From positions 62,001-126,000 of the IMG/VR virus record IMGVR_UViG_3300034012_003212: 64,000 nt of DNA; one strand, written 5' to 3'. Below are positions 1-9,143 of this stretch, one piece after another. Below the pieces are notes generated by a model. That model was not told where the DNA came from. It was given only the letters and a program-made list of their open reading frames with translations, and did not search any database. Each line of letters opens with the position of its first letter. Within the stretch, counting starts at the first letter, position 1. Both the position numbers and the translations under genes were made by a program.

Positions 1-1262
1 TCGCCTTTAACGTTGTGTGGTGCATTGTCAATATAGCAATCAAAAAAGGTGTTATGGGGTGTAGCAATATGACATGATTTTATCTTTGAGAACTCTATGT
101 TGTTGTCCAGCGAGATGTTACAGTAAAACAAATGAGACTCTTTTACTTTACATCCTATGAAGGTGCACTGTTCTATCACAGCACCTTTTATGTAACAGTC
201 GACGAAATCCATATCAGAAAATTTCCACGATCTAAGAAACTTTCCATCTTTTACTTGATACCGATGTAGGTCGTTATCAAGGTTTATCATGCCAGACTTC
301 AACCCGTTTGTATATATCAGATTGAATAGGATGTTTCTTATCTCATTCCAGTATGTTGCCAACAGCTGATCATCGTCCTTGAGATCGACAAAAACTTTGA
401 TCTTTGGATACATCACCTTAAAAACCCTGTGATTTATTATACTATTGACAAACTTTTTATGGTCTATCATCCTCTGTCTCAGGCTATCGACATCCGCTTG
501 ATCGTATGATGGAACCCTCAGGCATTCATATATGGTCAGAGCTGTATAATCAATGAGACTTAGTATATCTTCTATCTTTTCCTCATAATCCCGCCCTCCC
601 ATATACCTCATTTCAAGGTAACCAAATTCAAGCTTTGAGAAATTGAAACCAAAGTACTTGTCACTTGGTACGGTAAAACTCGAACGATTTATCGTCTTTA
701 TGTTATCTGTGAAGGAAAAAAGATTATTCGGAAGGACAAAATCTATAGACTTTGCAAAAACATTGTCCATCCTCTCGGGAAACTTATCGAATACATTATT
801 CTCATCGTAGGATAATATGAGTTTTAATGGATCCAACCCTGATAAATTTATGGTTTTATCAGGGGTCTTAAATGGATCAAAACTTATATTTACGTGTATG
901 CCAGAACGAGATGTGGTTTTTCCATTATCTCGTATGTAATTAAGAACTTTAGCTAGTATTATTTTTGCCTCATAATAAGGAGTAGGACCGGTGACCAATT
1001 CCATCATCGCCGGCCCTCCTGAAAAATCATGCTCTAGCTTATAGTTATAGTAAGAAACCTTCATCTCTGTGTGAGCTCCGGGTATCTTTTTTCCGCTAGG
1101 ATCTGTCTTAAATGCAGCAACGACCTTTTTTTCAAGGATATCTGATAGTTCGCGCGCAACTTTATTGAATCCCTTCTTACAAAAGAATTCAAACTCAAAT
1201 CCTATTATAACAGAATTCAGTATCGCGTTCTTATTTAAAAAATCCCTTGTTTTAAGGTTCAT
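1..1262 (-). CDS. Amidoligase-like enzyme (COOH-NH2 ligase type, Amidoligase_2-like) with a C-terminal beta-repeat-like region; runs off the left edge
   Basis: Absent from the ORF track; translated by hand from ATG at 1262, which overlaps the S1 gene stop: MNLKTRDFLNKNAILNSVIIGFEFEFF...MMELVTGP...SRSGIHVNISF...KYFGFNF...YLEMRYMGG. These match the GxExE / ExV / GxHxN / ExR ligase motifs. Frame stays open to position 1. Confidence 0.7.
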   Translation of the reverse strand, partial: MNLKTRDFLNKNAILNSVIIGFEFEFFCKKGFNKVARELSDILEKKVVAAFKTDPSGKKIPGAHTEMKVSYYNYKLEHDFSGGPAMMELVTGPTPYYEAKIILAKVLNYIRDNGKTTSRSGIHVNISFDPFKTPDKTINLSGLDPLKLILSYDENNVFDKFPERMDNVFAKSIDFVLPNNLFSFTDNIKTINRSSFTVPSDKYFGFNFSKLEFGYLEMRYMGGRDYEEKIEDILSLIDYTALTIYECLRVPSYDQADVDSLRQRMIDHKKFVNSIINHRVFKVMYPKIKVFVDLKDDDQLLATYWNEIRNILFNLIYTNGLKSGMINLDNDLHRYQVKDGKFLRSWKFSDMDFVDCYIKGAVIEQCTFIGCKVKESHLFYCNISLDNNIEFSKIKSCHIATPHNTFFDCYIDNAPHNVKG

Positions 1263-2388
1263 TTTCTGTGTATAATGTTGCTTGGATCAAATTCCGTTTT
1301 TCATTTATACTACTAACTACGATTTTTACCGTGTCCCCTTGCTTTATCCTTTGTTGTGGAGCAGTCACTGATTTGATGGGAACTGTTGTAATTATGTTTC
1401 CGAATTTAATGGTAACATGTGATCCGCGTATAGATTCCACTAGAACATCGACGCACAGATCACTATCGTTAGTTTCTATGATATTTTTTAGGTTCTTCAA
1501 TTGTTCGTACAACGCCTGAACAAAACTTTCATTTTGCGTGAGAACAAAATTCTTAGGCGGTATGACATCCCGGATCCAAACTTCTATTTCAGAACCAGGC
1601 CTTAAAAGCTTTGAAGAAAAATCAGCCGCAGTCTGTTTATTCATATCACCCACGGACAGAAGACCTGTCATTATGCCGTTAAACTCAACAAAAACTCCAG
1701 CATCTATCGATCCCGTCACTATGCCAACGTACAGATTCCTTATATCAAGGTCTGCCACCATCTTAGGCATGATGTGATCTATGTACTTCTTATTGGAAAC
1801 GATGAACGTGTTATTCGCATGGATATACGAATCTACCATCACTTTTATAGTCTTTCCAATGAGTGCTTCAAAATTTGTTATCTTATTAGCACTTGCGAGT
1901 GAACCTGGCAAAAATGCTTCAATGCCATTGATATCAACAAAATATCCCCCTTTGTTCTTCTGAAGGACCTTTGCATCATACACTTTCGTTTGCGCATCAA
2001 TCTGCGAAAAGAAATCATTGAAGATGGATTCACGCTGAGCCTCGGCGAAGCTTCCCATAAGACCACCGTCTGTTGAAATGATCTTTATCGTCTGCTTGCT
2101 TCCGTTTCTCACCGATTCGATAAAACTAGCGGCGTCCAAACCAAGGCCCTTGAGAAAATCTTTCTCTTTATTGATTTTAACACTCACAGCAGGGCAAGAT
2201 TCACCCGTTACTATGACCATGTTATCGTTGGAAGATAGGACGGAGTCTATTTCAAAGATTTGACCGATTGTTACTGATTTGTTCAACTCCCCCTGTGAAT
2301 TGTTAGATATCATCTCCATATAGAGAGAATCATCTATATCATGCGAAAAATCTTGCTGGCTGAAGAGATTCGCGGAAACGTATTTCAT
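1252..2388 (-). CDS. rpsA: Ribosomal protein bS1-like protein (tandem S1 OB-fold domains)
   Basis: NKGGYFVDINGIEAFLPGS resembles bS1 domain 2; YVGIVTGSIDAGVFVEFNGIMTGLLSVGDM resembles domain 3; a further degenerate S1 repeat lies at the C-terminus. Confidence 0.85.
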   Translation of the reverse strand: MKYVSANLFSQQDFSHDIDDSLYMEMISNNSQGELNKSVTIGQIFEIDSVLSSNDNMVIVTGESCPAVSVKINKEKDFLKGLGLDAASFIESVRNGSKQTIKIISTDGGLMGSFAEAQRESIFNDFFSQIDAQTKVYDAKVLQKNKGGYFVDINGIEAFLPGSLASANKITNFEALIGKTIKVMVDSYIHANNTFIVSNKKYIDHIMPKMVADLDIRNLYVGIVTGSIDAGVFVEFNGIMTGLLSVGDMNKQTAADFSSKLLRPGSEIEVWIRDVIPPKNFVLTQNESFVQALYEQLKNLKNIIETNDSDLCVDVLVESIRGSHVTIKFGNIITTVPIKSVTAPQQRIKQGDTVKIVVSSINEKRNLIQATLYTENEP

Positions 2389-2428
2389 TACTACCCCTAA
2401 AAATGCTTGAAAAAAAATTAATTCATAC

Positions 2429-2436
2429 TATATATC
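2429..2436 (-). promoter_or_regulatory. Putative late promoter GATATATA upstream of the bS1-like gene
   Basis: Overlaps the stop of the 887-aa ORF, 40 nt before the S1 ATG. Confidence 0.6.
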
Positions 2437-5098
2437 AAAATGGATCTCTGAAGAATCCACCTTTTTCCTTACCGGCTGAGCACCATTTCCATAAAAAAAG
2501 AAGAAATGCTATGTTATCTAGGCTAAGACGCTCCCAGACAGGAAATTCATCTGAAATCATAGGAAGAGATGCTGCAAGAGATGGGTTCAATTCTGCAAGA
2601 AAATTCATGTGCGTGATCTTCGGGGACAAGATCGAAGCCATAGATTGAACTGACCCCAGAGAAAGGCTGAAACCTTGTATCAAGGATGACACGTTTATCT
2701 TATTAAGATCTATGACAGGAACTTTTATGTTACCAATAAGATTCCTCAGGTCCTCAAGAGAACTATCATATTCATTGTATCTTTCTCTTATCTCATTTAT
2801 CTTCTCATCATACTGCTTTTTTGCTTTACTTATTTCATCGTTGTACTTGTCACTTGCATTTTTTACTAAATTATCGGCCGATTGTTTTGCTAAATCTATC
2901 ATGTCTTGTGCCCTCTTCTTCTCTTGCTCAAATCGGTTAATCTCCTCATTCAGTCTGGTTTCGTTCACTTTTACCAATTCCTCGACGTCTTTGTTGAATT
3001 TATCACGAAGGGCATTTAATCTCACGCTTACCATTTCTCTGGATAAAGGATCCTTTAGATTTTCGAGCTGAGACTTTAGATTTTTTTCCTGGATAGAAAA
3101 TTCATTTTCATATGCAGAAATTGTTTCTTGTGTGCTTTTTCTTAGATTATCTGATGCAGCATCTAAAGATTTTTTCGCAGAATCTTTGATCGTTGCTGCT
3201 TTGTTCTCCGCATCTTTTATCGCGTCAGATGCAGATTTTTTAAGGTATTCAAAGTAAACATACGCAGACTGTTCAAGTTCGGCTTCCTTTTGTTTTGCTT
3301 CAGAAAGGAGAGATCCAACTGATATGCCTACTCCACTTCTCAATGATTTTACTGCTTCATTTATCAATTGCATGAGTGGATTTATGCTTGGAAATGGAAT
3401 GCTTGACAATGACTCATGGCTACTTATGTTTATTGCACCCCGTATGGCGAGAATGAAATAAGGATTGTTTGATTTAAATGGCCCAACAGGAAATGGCAAA
3501 AAATGCTGAGCAAACAAAAAAGGGCATGGTAGTATACCGCACTGACCTATGAATAGTACATATATCCCTGTTTCGCTTGCTATAACGAACAATGGTATCC
3601 ATATGATAGGAAACGGAACCTTTATGAGTGCAACCGGAGTTGGTATAATGAGTCCTATCGGCCAATGAACTGGTATGAGGTTTACTATTGTGGCAAGCGT
3701 TGAAAACTTCTTCCACCATGCATAATCAAATATTGTGGGATTTGTGCTCACATTCTTGAAGTTTACATCTTTTCCAGATTCAACTCCCGGAACTATCTCT
3801 TTCTGAGAACATCCCATCTTTGCAAGTTCCTGATTTACGAGATCATTGACCTTCGATATTACTGCTTCTGCTATCTTTTCCCTCTCCTTTGCAGAATCAT
3901 ACTTCTTCTTTATATCATCGGAATCTGTTTTCCTAAATGCAAGCCTAGTCTTAAAATCGGATGGAAGCTTTTCCTTCTTAGAGAATTTATTAACTCCATA
4001 AGAAAATGATATTTCACCTATAAATTTTAGTGTGTTTTTATATGCGTTATCAAGGTCCAGCTCAGCTTTTTTCGCCAGTTCCAAGGCAGAAGTTTGGTTT
4101 GACTCAACAGTTAAATCAATAGAAGTTATATCATTGGAAAGTTTCGTCGGTATATCCTTAACAGTTCCAAAAAGATCCTTTGATTTATCAAAACCCGCAT
4201 CTAATTTTTCTGCGTCGACGTACAACTGGGAACTGAACTTACCGTATGCTGATGACAGTTGTTTCTGTGCATCCTTTGCGTTTTTACCATACTTGTTAGT
4301 TTTTACCAGATTCTTTAGTGTATCTGATATCTTTGTTTTTTCAGTAGCTGATTGAGCGCTAGAAAGAAGCCTCTGTAGTCTATTGGATTCATCATACCCC
4401 TTCAGGAACGATTCGTAAAATTTATATGATAACTGAGTATAGTAATAATCAAGCTGTAACGATTGTACTTCTTCTTTTGCCTTTTTATATTCTTCTGTCT
4501 GGTCCTGTATCTTTTTTGACAATGAGTTCATCACAGAAAAGCAACCTGAACCGTTTGATGAAAAAAGAGGGACCGTCTGTTCCCTCTCGGCAAAAACCCC
4601 GTCCGATGCAACCTGGCCTTCTTTTAGTGCTCCTGTGCTCAGTGAAGGCTTTAAAGGCGTTGCAGGGATTGGCTGACCATTCTTCTGCTTCCTCCTCTGT
4701 TCTGTCCCAAGAGGATCAAGAACACTATTGATGGATGTTTCTAGACTAGATATGAACTGATCTATGACGGATGGATCAAAATCTCCGACGGATTGTGGCG
4801 TGGAACTTCTATCTATCGAAAATGGAGGTATTACCTGTGCAGTGATCGGGTTCGTGAGTTCTTCGAAGGGTATCTTAACTGGCTCACATGCCGCCTGTTC
4901 TACTTCGCTGTCATTAAATAATTGAGCCGCCTCTGTTTCTTCCGGGGCGCACACAATCTCATCCTCGTATGGAATAAGATCCAGCTCAGAAGGAACCGGG
5001 GACTGATCTGCTTCTGCTAAACGGAGTGCATCAGCGAGCTCCTTCTCTGAAAGAGAAGTTAGATCAATTTCCTTTGGTTCCTGATCATTCACTAACAT
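2435..5098 (-). CDS. Large coiled-coil protein with a central Pro-rich hydrophobic segment; probable virion/baseplate-associated
   Basis: 887-aa ORF with K/E/A-rich heptads flanking WPIGLIIPTPVALIKVPFPIIWIPLFVIA...; lies two genes downstream of gp5. Confidence 0.55.
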   Translation of the reverse strand: MLVNDQEPKEIDLTSLSEKELADALRLAEADQSPVPSELDLIPYEDEIVCAPEETEAAQLFNDSEVEQAACEPVKIPFEELTNPITAQVIPPFSIDRSSTPQSVGDFDPSVIDQFISSLETSINSVLDPLGTEQRRKQKNGQPIPATPLKPSLSTGALKEGQVASDGVFAEREQTVPLFSSNGSGCFSVMNSLSKKIQDQTEEYKKAKEEVQSLQLDYYYTQLSYKFYESFLKGYDESNRLQRLLSSAQSATEKTKISDTLKNLVKTNKYGKNAKDAQKQLSSAYGKFSSQLYVDAEKLDAGFDKSKDLFGTVKDIPTKLSNDITSIDLTVESNQTSALELAKKAELDLDNAYKNTLKFIGEISFSYGVNKFSKKEKLPSDFKTRLAFRKTDSDDIKKKYDSAKEREKIAEAVISKVNDLVNQELAKMGCSQKEIVPGVESGKDVNFKNVSTNPTIFDYAWWKKFSTLATIVNLIPVHWPIGLIIPTPVALIKVPFPIIWIPLFVIASETGIYVLFIGQCGILPCPFLFAQHFLPFPVGPFKSNNPYFILAIRGAINISSHESLSSIPFPSINPLMQLINEAVKSLRSGVGISVGSLLSEAKQKEAELEQSAYVYFEYLKKSASDAIKDAENKAATIKDSAKKSLDAASDNLRKSTQETISAYENEFSIQEKNLKSQLENLKDPLSREMVSVRLNALRDKFNKDVEELVKVNETRLNEEINRFEQEKKRAQDMIDLAKQSADNLVKNASDKYNDEISKAKKQYDEKINEIRERYNEYDSSLEDLRNLIGNIKVPVIDLNKINVSSLIQGFSLSLGSVQSMASILSPKITHMNFLAELNPSLAASLPMISDEFPVWERLSLDNIAFLLFLWKWCSAGKEKGGFFRDPF

Positions 5099-5303
5099 TT
5101 TTCTTTCCTTTTACTGCATCCAGAGATCTAGGAATTTTTAACTGGGATGATAGATCGTTATTCACAGGGGATATAAAAAACTGCTGGCCTGCAACTATCT
5201 TAGTGTTGATATTCGTTGTTTCAGACGACGCTTTTTTTCTGGCGGCAGTTGCAGCCCCATCAATCTTATTAAACCATCCTATTATTGAACTGAAATCTAT
5301 CAT
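5085..5303 (-). CDS. Small hypothetical protein (72 aa, MIDFSSIIGW...)
   Basis: ATG at 5303 overlaps the gp5 stop (ATGA); I prefer this start to 5384 in the ORF track. Confidence 0.55.
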   Translation of the reverse strand: MIDFSSIIGWFNKIDGAATAARKKASSETTNINTKIVAGQQFFISPVNNDLSSQLKIPRSLDAVKGKKNVSE

Positions 5304-6022
5304 GCAGTTGTCTTCACTGTGTTGGATAGAGCAGTTCTCGCCTGTTGCATGATGGCGGCACTTACTCCAGGAGAAGGAGGCCATTTGAGATCAACCGTAA
5401 GCGCGAGTGAATCAAGAGCTGCCATAAGAACCTCTCCTAGTATCACAGAAAACTCTGGAGCCGTTCCAAGTTCCGTGCGGCCTCCGTTAACGTGGACTTT
5501 CGGGGAATTTACTTCCACTTTTGTCACAGCATTAACAACGATGTTGCCTTCTTTTAACTCTATGTTTGATTTACTCTCTTTATGGTCTATCAAAATAGAT
5601 TTATCGGGATTTATTGATATGCTGCTATCGCCCCAAAAAATTTGTATTCCATTTCCAGGCGTGAACCATATTTTCATATTCTGGTCCTCGTCATAGACTA
5701 AAACATGACTATCCTGGTACGTCTCTTTGATGGAGTTCCTCATATCGTCATTGAGGTGGTGAACCCCATGCCACACAGGAGAATGTATATCACCATTCAT
5801 GAAACTAACGCGCACCTTCGTCCCAACTTTTGGAACGGAAAATGCTCCAGCTCCTTTTGACTGCCCTCCTGCAAAAACTGACATTCCATACGGAAATGCC
5901 CATGGGAGTTCTTCGTCTTGTAGATCATCAAAAACTCCATACACCCTGAGCTTGCAACGCCCGAGTATATCAGGGTCATTTGAATCAACTACTATCCCTA
6001 TGAATTCTTGATTAAGATCCAA
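5300..6022 (-). CDS. gp5: Baseplate central spike, gp5/VgrG-like (N-terminal OB fold, no lysozyme domain)
   Basis: FIGIVVDSNDPDILGRCKLRVYGVFD...LPWAFP...VPKVGTKVRVSFMNGDIHSPVW, followed by a beta-rich C-terminus. Confidence 0.85.
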   Translation of the reverse strand: MDLNQEFIGIVVDSNDPDILGRCKLRVYGVFDDLQDEELPWAFPYGMSVFAGGQSKGAGAFSVPKVGTKVRVSFMNGDIHSPVWHGVHHLNDDMRNSIKETYQDSHVLVYDEDQNMKIWFTPGNGIQIFWGDSSISINPDKSILIDHKESKSNIELKEGNIVVNAVTKVEVNSPKVHVNGGRTELGTAPEFSVILGEVLMAALDSLALTVDLKWPPSPGVSAAIMQQARTALSNTVKTTA

Positions 6023-7886
6023 AGTCTTCCTCCACCTTAGGCTTATTAAATTTCACATCACTGGATATCCTTGTGTCCTCGAACGCAGGCCGAAGTTCGA
6101 TTGAAGTCAATGAATCTTCGGATAATACGGTAGGGAGGCCGAAATTCACAAACTTTTCCACATCGTTGATATTAACTACACTTGGAACCTGGAAGTCCAC
6201 TCTGTCTATAATTTCTTCTGATGTTGTAGATGAATTGAATTCAACACTTCCTATGCCAAACTCAACGCTAGGGGTCTTCAATTCAACCATCTCCGTTATA
6301 TCCAGATCAACCGTTGGTGCTGTGAATTTTACTTCGGATAATTGATCATCAACTTTAGGGACATCGAAAGATATGTTTGATATATCAGTGGACACTGTCG
6401 GTAGTTCGAACGAGATGTCGTTGATTTCGGTGGCAACAGTAGGAGCTACGTATTCTATTGCTGCCAGCGACTCATCAACTTTAGGTTTGTCGAACGTGAC
6501 ATCTCCTATTGAACTATCAACTTTAGGCTTCTGTAGATTAACGTCGGATGATATAGTTGTCTCAAAAGAAGGTCTTACTAGATTCACATTTGAGATCTCT
6601 GTCTCGACCTTTGGCCTCATAAATTCTACTTGATTAGGCATATCTTCATCTAATTTTGGTTCTTCAAATTCAATTTGTGGTTCAATATTAACATCTTGCG
6701 TTGGCCTCTCAAATTCGATCGAGTTTCTTATGTCAGTTGTTACGCTCGGACGGCCAAATTCGATTAATCTTGGTGTTTCTCCTGTGATTCCGGCTGAGCT
6801 CTCAATGGCCTGCATTATCGTTCTTGCTTGTTCTGCTCTTGAAGCTGACATGTCCATGGAATTTAGTTCAGCTTGACGGATTCTTTCACGCTCTTCTCTT
6901 GGAAGAGCTTCAACCGTGTCAGCTTTAGTGAATTCCATATTATTCAGAAAATAGTCACGTATGTTGTTGTTGCTAGATGCAATTACATTCTCATAATTAT
7001 TTTCATACTCTCTTATGAACGGTGCTAAAAAACTCCTATAATTCGTCACATCACGAAAATCATTGAATGATGCACCGCTTCCCCCTTGTTTTATGATGAG
7101 ATCTCGTTTCATCTCACCGAGCATGTAGTTTAGAAGTTTATATGAGTTTGCCTCTTGTACCCTTCCAACTTTTATGTTAAATGATGCTCCGGCAGTTGTG
7201 TATTCATCCCCCTTTAGGGTTTTAGCAGGGACAGATGAACTAAAGTCGAATTCGCAATCAAAACACCTGAACGCAATGGCAGAAACGTGGTTCAACCAAT
7301 CAGGACGAAGAGAATTCCTGCCCTGTTGAACAAATGTCTTCAAATATCTCGCCTCTCCTGCTATCACCGTCATATTGAACCTCCGTTTATTCAACGGAAG
7401 AAGTTCACGAAAGTATAACCTGTCCCATGAAGCCTTTCTGTATAAATCAGCAAGAGCCGTCATACGAAGGTCCACCGTCTCGTAACAATCCAAAGTTAAT
7501 GTAACATCATCAATCTGGGTCTTTGAGTCGTTTGACGCAGAAGGATATCCCCATTTCCAAAGACCCTCGAGTCCTGATATCTGTTTAAAAAACCAAGGAA
7601 AATCATCAGAAACTCTGCTCAGAAGCCACCTGAACTCCTTGAGCGCTTCCGCCTTTCCTTGTTCTCCGGTCCTACGGAGATAACTTATAGCACTTTCATC
7701 CCTGTCCTCTGATAAGAGAAGACCTTGTGTGACTTCATTATCATTGTTGAGTGGCTCAAAATCAAATAGCACCCTAAATGTGATAAAAGACGGATCATTG
7801 TACCTTAACTTATCGTCAGGTGTTGTTCCAGCTGACTCGAAGACGAACTTCCTCTCGAGTCTACCGACGTGCATGATTCCGCTCAT
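6012..7886 (-). CDS. Probable baseplate/tail structural protein with a C-terminal 14-16 aa repeat array
   Basis: 624-aa ORF in the baseplate cluster; globular N-terminus (NDPSFITFRVLFDF...DCYETVDLRMTALADLYRKA) followed by repeats. Confidence 0.55.
   Translation of the reverse strand: MSGIMHVGRLERKFVFESAGTTPDDKLRYNDPSFITFRVLFDFEPLNNDNEVTQGLLLSEDRDESAISYLRRTGEQGKAEALKEFRWLLSRVSDDFPWFFKQISGLEGLWKWGYPSASNDSKTQIDDVTLTLDCYETVDLRMTALADLYRKASWDRLYFRELLPLNKRRFNMTVIAGEARYLKTFVQQGRNSLRPDWLNHVSAIAFRCFDCEFDFSSSVPAKTLKGDEYTTAGASFNIKVGRVQEANSYKLLNYMLGEMKRDLIIKQGGSGASFNDFRDVTNYRSFLAPFIREYENNYENVIASSNNNIRDYFLNNMEFTKADTVEALPREERERIRQAELNSMDMSASRAEQARTIMQAIESSAGITGETPRLIEFGRPSVTTDIRNSIEFERPTQDVNIEPQIEFEEPKLDEDMPNQVEFMRPKVETEISNVNLVRPSFETTISSDVNLQKPKVDSSIGDVTFDKPKVDESLAAIEYVAPTVATEINDISFELPTVSTDISNISFDVPKVDDQLSEVKFTAPTVDLDITEMVELKTPSVEFGIGSVEFNSSTTSEEIIDRVDFQVPSVVNINDVEKFVNFGLPTVLSEDSLTSIELRPAFEDTRISSDVKFNKPKVEEDFGS
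6015..6764 (-). repeat. About 17 degenerate protein repeats, consensus (V/I)xFxxPxVxxxI
   Basis: IEFGRPSVTTDIRNS / IEFERPTQDVNIEPQ / VEFMRPKVETEISN / VTFDKPKVDESLAA / ISFELPTVSTDISN / VKFNKPKVEEDFGS. Confidence 0.85.
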
Positions 7887-9121
7887 TCGCCTTGAAATTT
7901 TGTTATAAGCGCAGCATCTGGTGTGTTCTCTGTGTTTGGTATCGATAGATCAGAACGCTGCCATTCTTCTCTCCAGACAAAATCATCATGACCAAGTTCA
8001 AGGAACCTCTCATGGATCTTCTTGTCATAGTATGATGCTATATATCTCACGGCCCGTTGTATCTCTGCCCTTCTTGGTTCCTGTGTGTTGTTTCCGCCTG
8101 CATTCATGTACTGTATGTAACACAGTTTAGGAACGTGTATCATCCTCGTGCCAAGGAAACTCCTCACGACAAGTTCATAATCATCTGCTATGTGCAATCG
8201 AGGATTATGGCCTCCTATTTCGTGGTAGAACTTTCGCTCCCACGCGCGTATGTGATTGGGGCACGCAATGATATGCCTCATCGTTTTTGGATTGATGGGC
8301 ACAGTCTCACATGTGTACTGGGCGTTATTATAGTTCGTGGTGTAGTGTTTGCCGTAACCGTATCCCCAAAAATCCCCGTAATTAACACATCCTCCGGTTT
8401 CAAAAACCTCAGACGCGTCCGTGTATAGGAATTTTCCTTCCGGATATTCGCCGAAACCGCGTTTAACGTGATCGAGTGCCCAAGGAGTCAGAGCATCATC
8501 ATGATCGAGTTCGACGAGGTATTTTCCTGTACAAAGACCCGCTGCATTTCGCTTCACTTCTCCTATGATTCCGCTGGGTTTGTTTGATTTAAAAACACGT
8601 ATACGGTGGTCCTGGCTCGCAAGCTGCAGGAGCATATCAAAGGTCTTTCCTCCGTCATTTGAATCATCGTACAAGACCCATTCCCAATTTGAGTGCCACT
8701 GATTCTTGAGAGATGTGAAAACGCGATCGATTCGATTCCCGGTTCTGTACGTGGGGGTAAAACAGCTTATCAACGGATCTTCGTCATTCTTCTCCTGGTT
8801 TAAAATAGAGTCAATAAAACAGAAATACGCAGAATCTCCTATGTTGCCATCATCGGATTTTATATTTTCCACGTGTATCCATTTTCTCCTGATGCTATAT
8901 GGCGCGTTGTACAACTGTGCGAATAAAGACACATCAGGCCCGGTTGTTATGTACACCATAGGATTTATAGTCCTGATGATGAAATTGAGATCATCGGTAT
9001 GCGAAAAAAAGTGACACTCAAAATCATGGGATTCTGAAATCCACTGTACATTTGTTGAGTGTATCTCCGTCTTTACTTTACAATCCTTAGAGAATATCGC
9101 TACTACTGGTGTGATTGGCAT
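7883..9121 (-). CDS. Glycosyltransferase family 2 with an N-terminal extension
   Basis: ISCFTPTY...NWEWVLYDDS...GEVKRNAAGLCTGKYLVELDHDD...HIADDYEL (GT-A fold with DxD motif). Confidence 0.9.
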   Translation of the reverse strand: MPITPVVAIFSKDCKVKTEIHSTNVQWISESHDFECHFFSHTDDLNFIIRTINPMVYITTGPDVSLFAQLYNAPYSIRRKWIHVENIKSDDGNIGDSAYFCFIDSILNQEKNDEDPLISCFTPTYRTGNRIDRVFTSLKNQWHSNWEWVLYDDSNDGGKTFDMLLQLASQDHRIRVFKSNKPSGIIGEVKRNAAGLCTGKYLVELDHDDALTPWALDHVKRGFGEYPEGKFLYTDASEVFETGGCVNYGDFWGYGYGKHYTTNYNNAQYTCETVPINPKTMRHIIACPNHIRAWERKFYHEIGGHNPRLHIADDYELVVRSFLGTRMIHVPKLCYIQYMNAGGNNTQEPRRAEIQRAVRYIASYYDKKIHERFLELGHDDFVWREEWQRSDLSIPNTENTPDAALITKFQGE

Positions 9122-9143
9122 TACTTATCCCTTTGAAAAAAAC

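Noticed and set aside
311-318. GATATATA copies inside coding regions (311-318, 8039-8046)
   Set aside because: They may be chance occurrences in AT-rich codons, so they were not counted as promoters.
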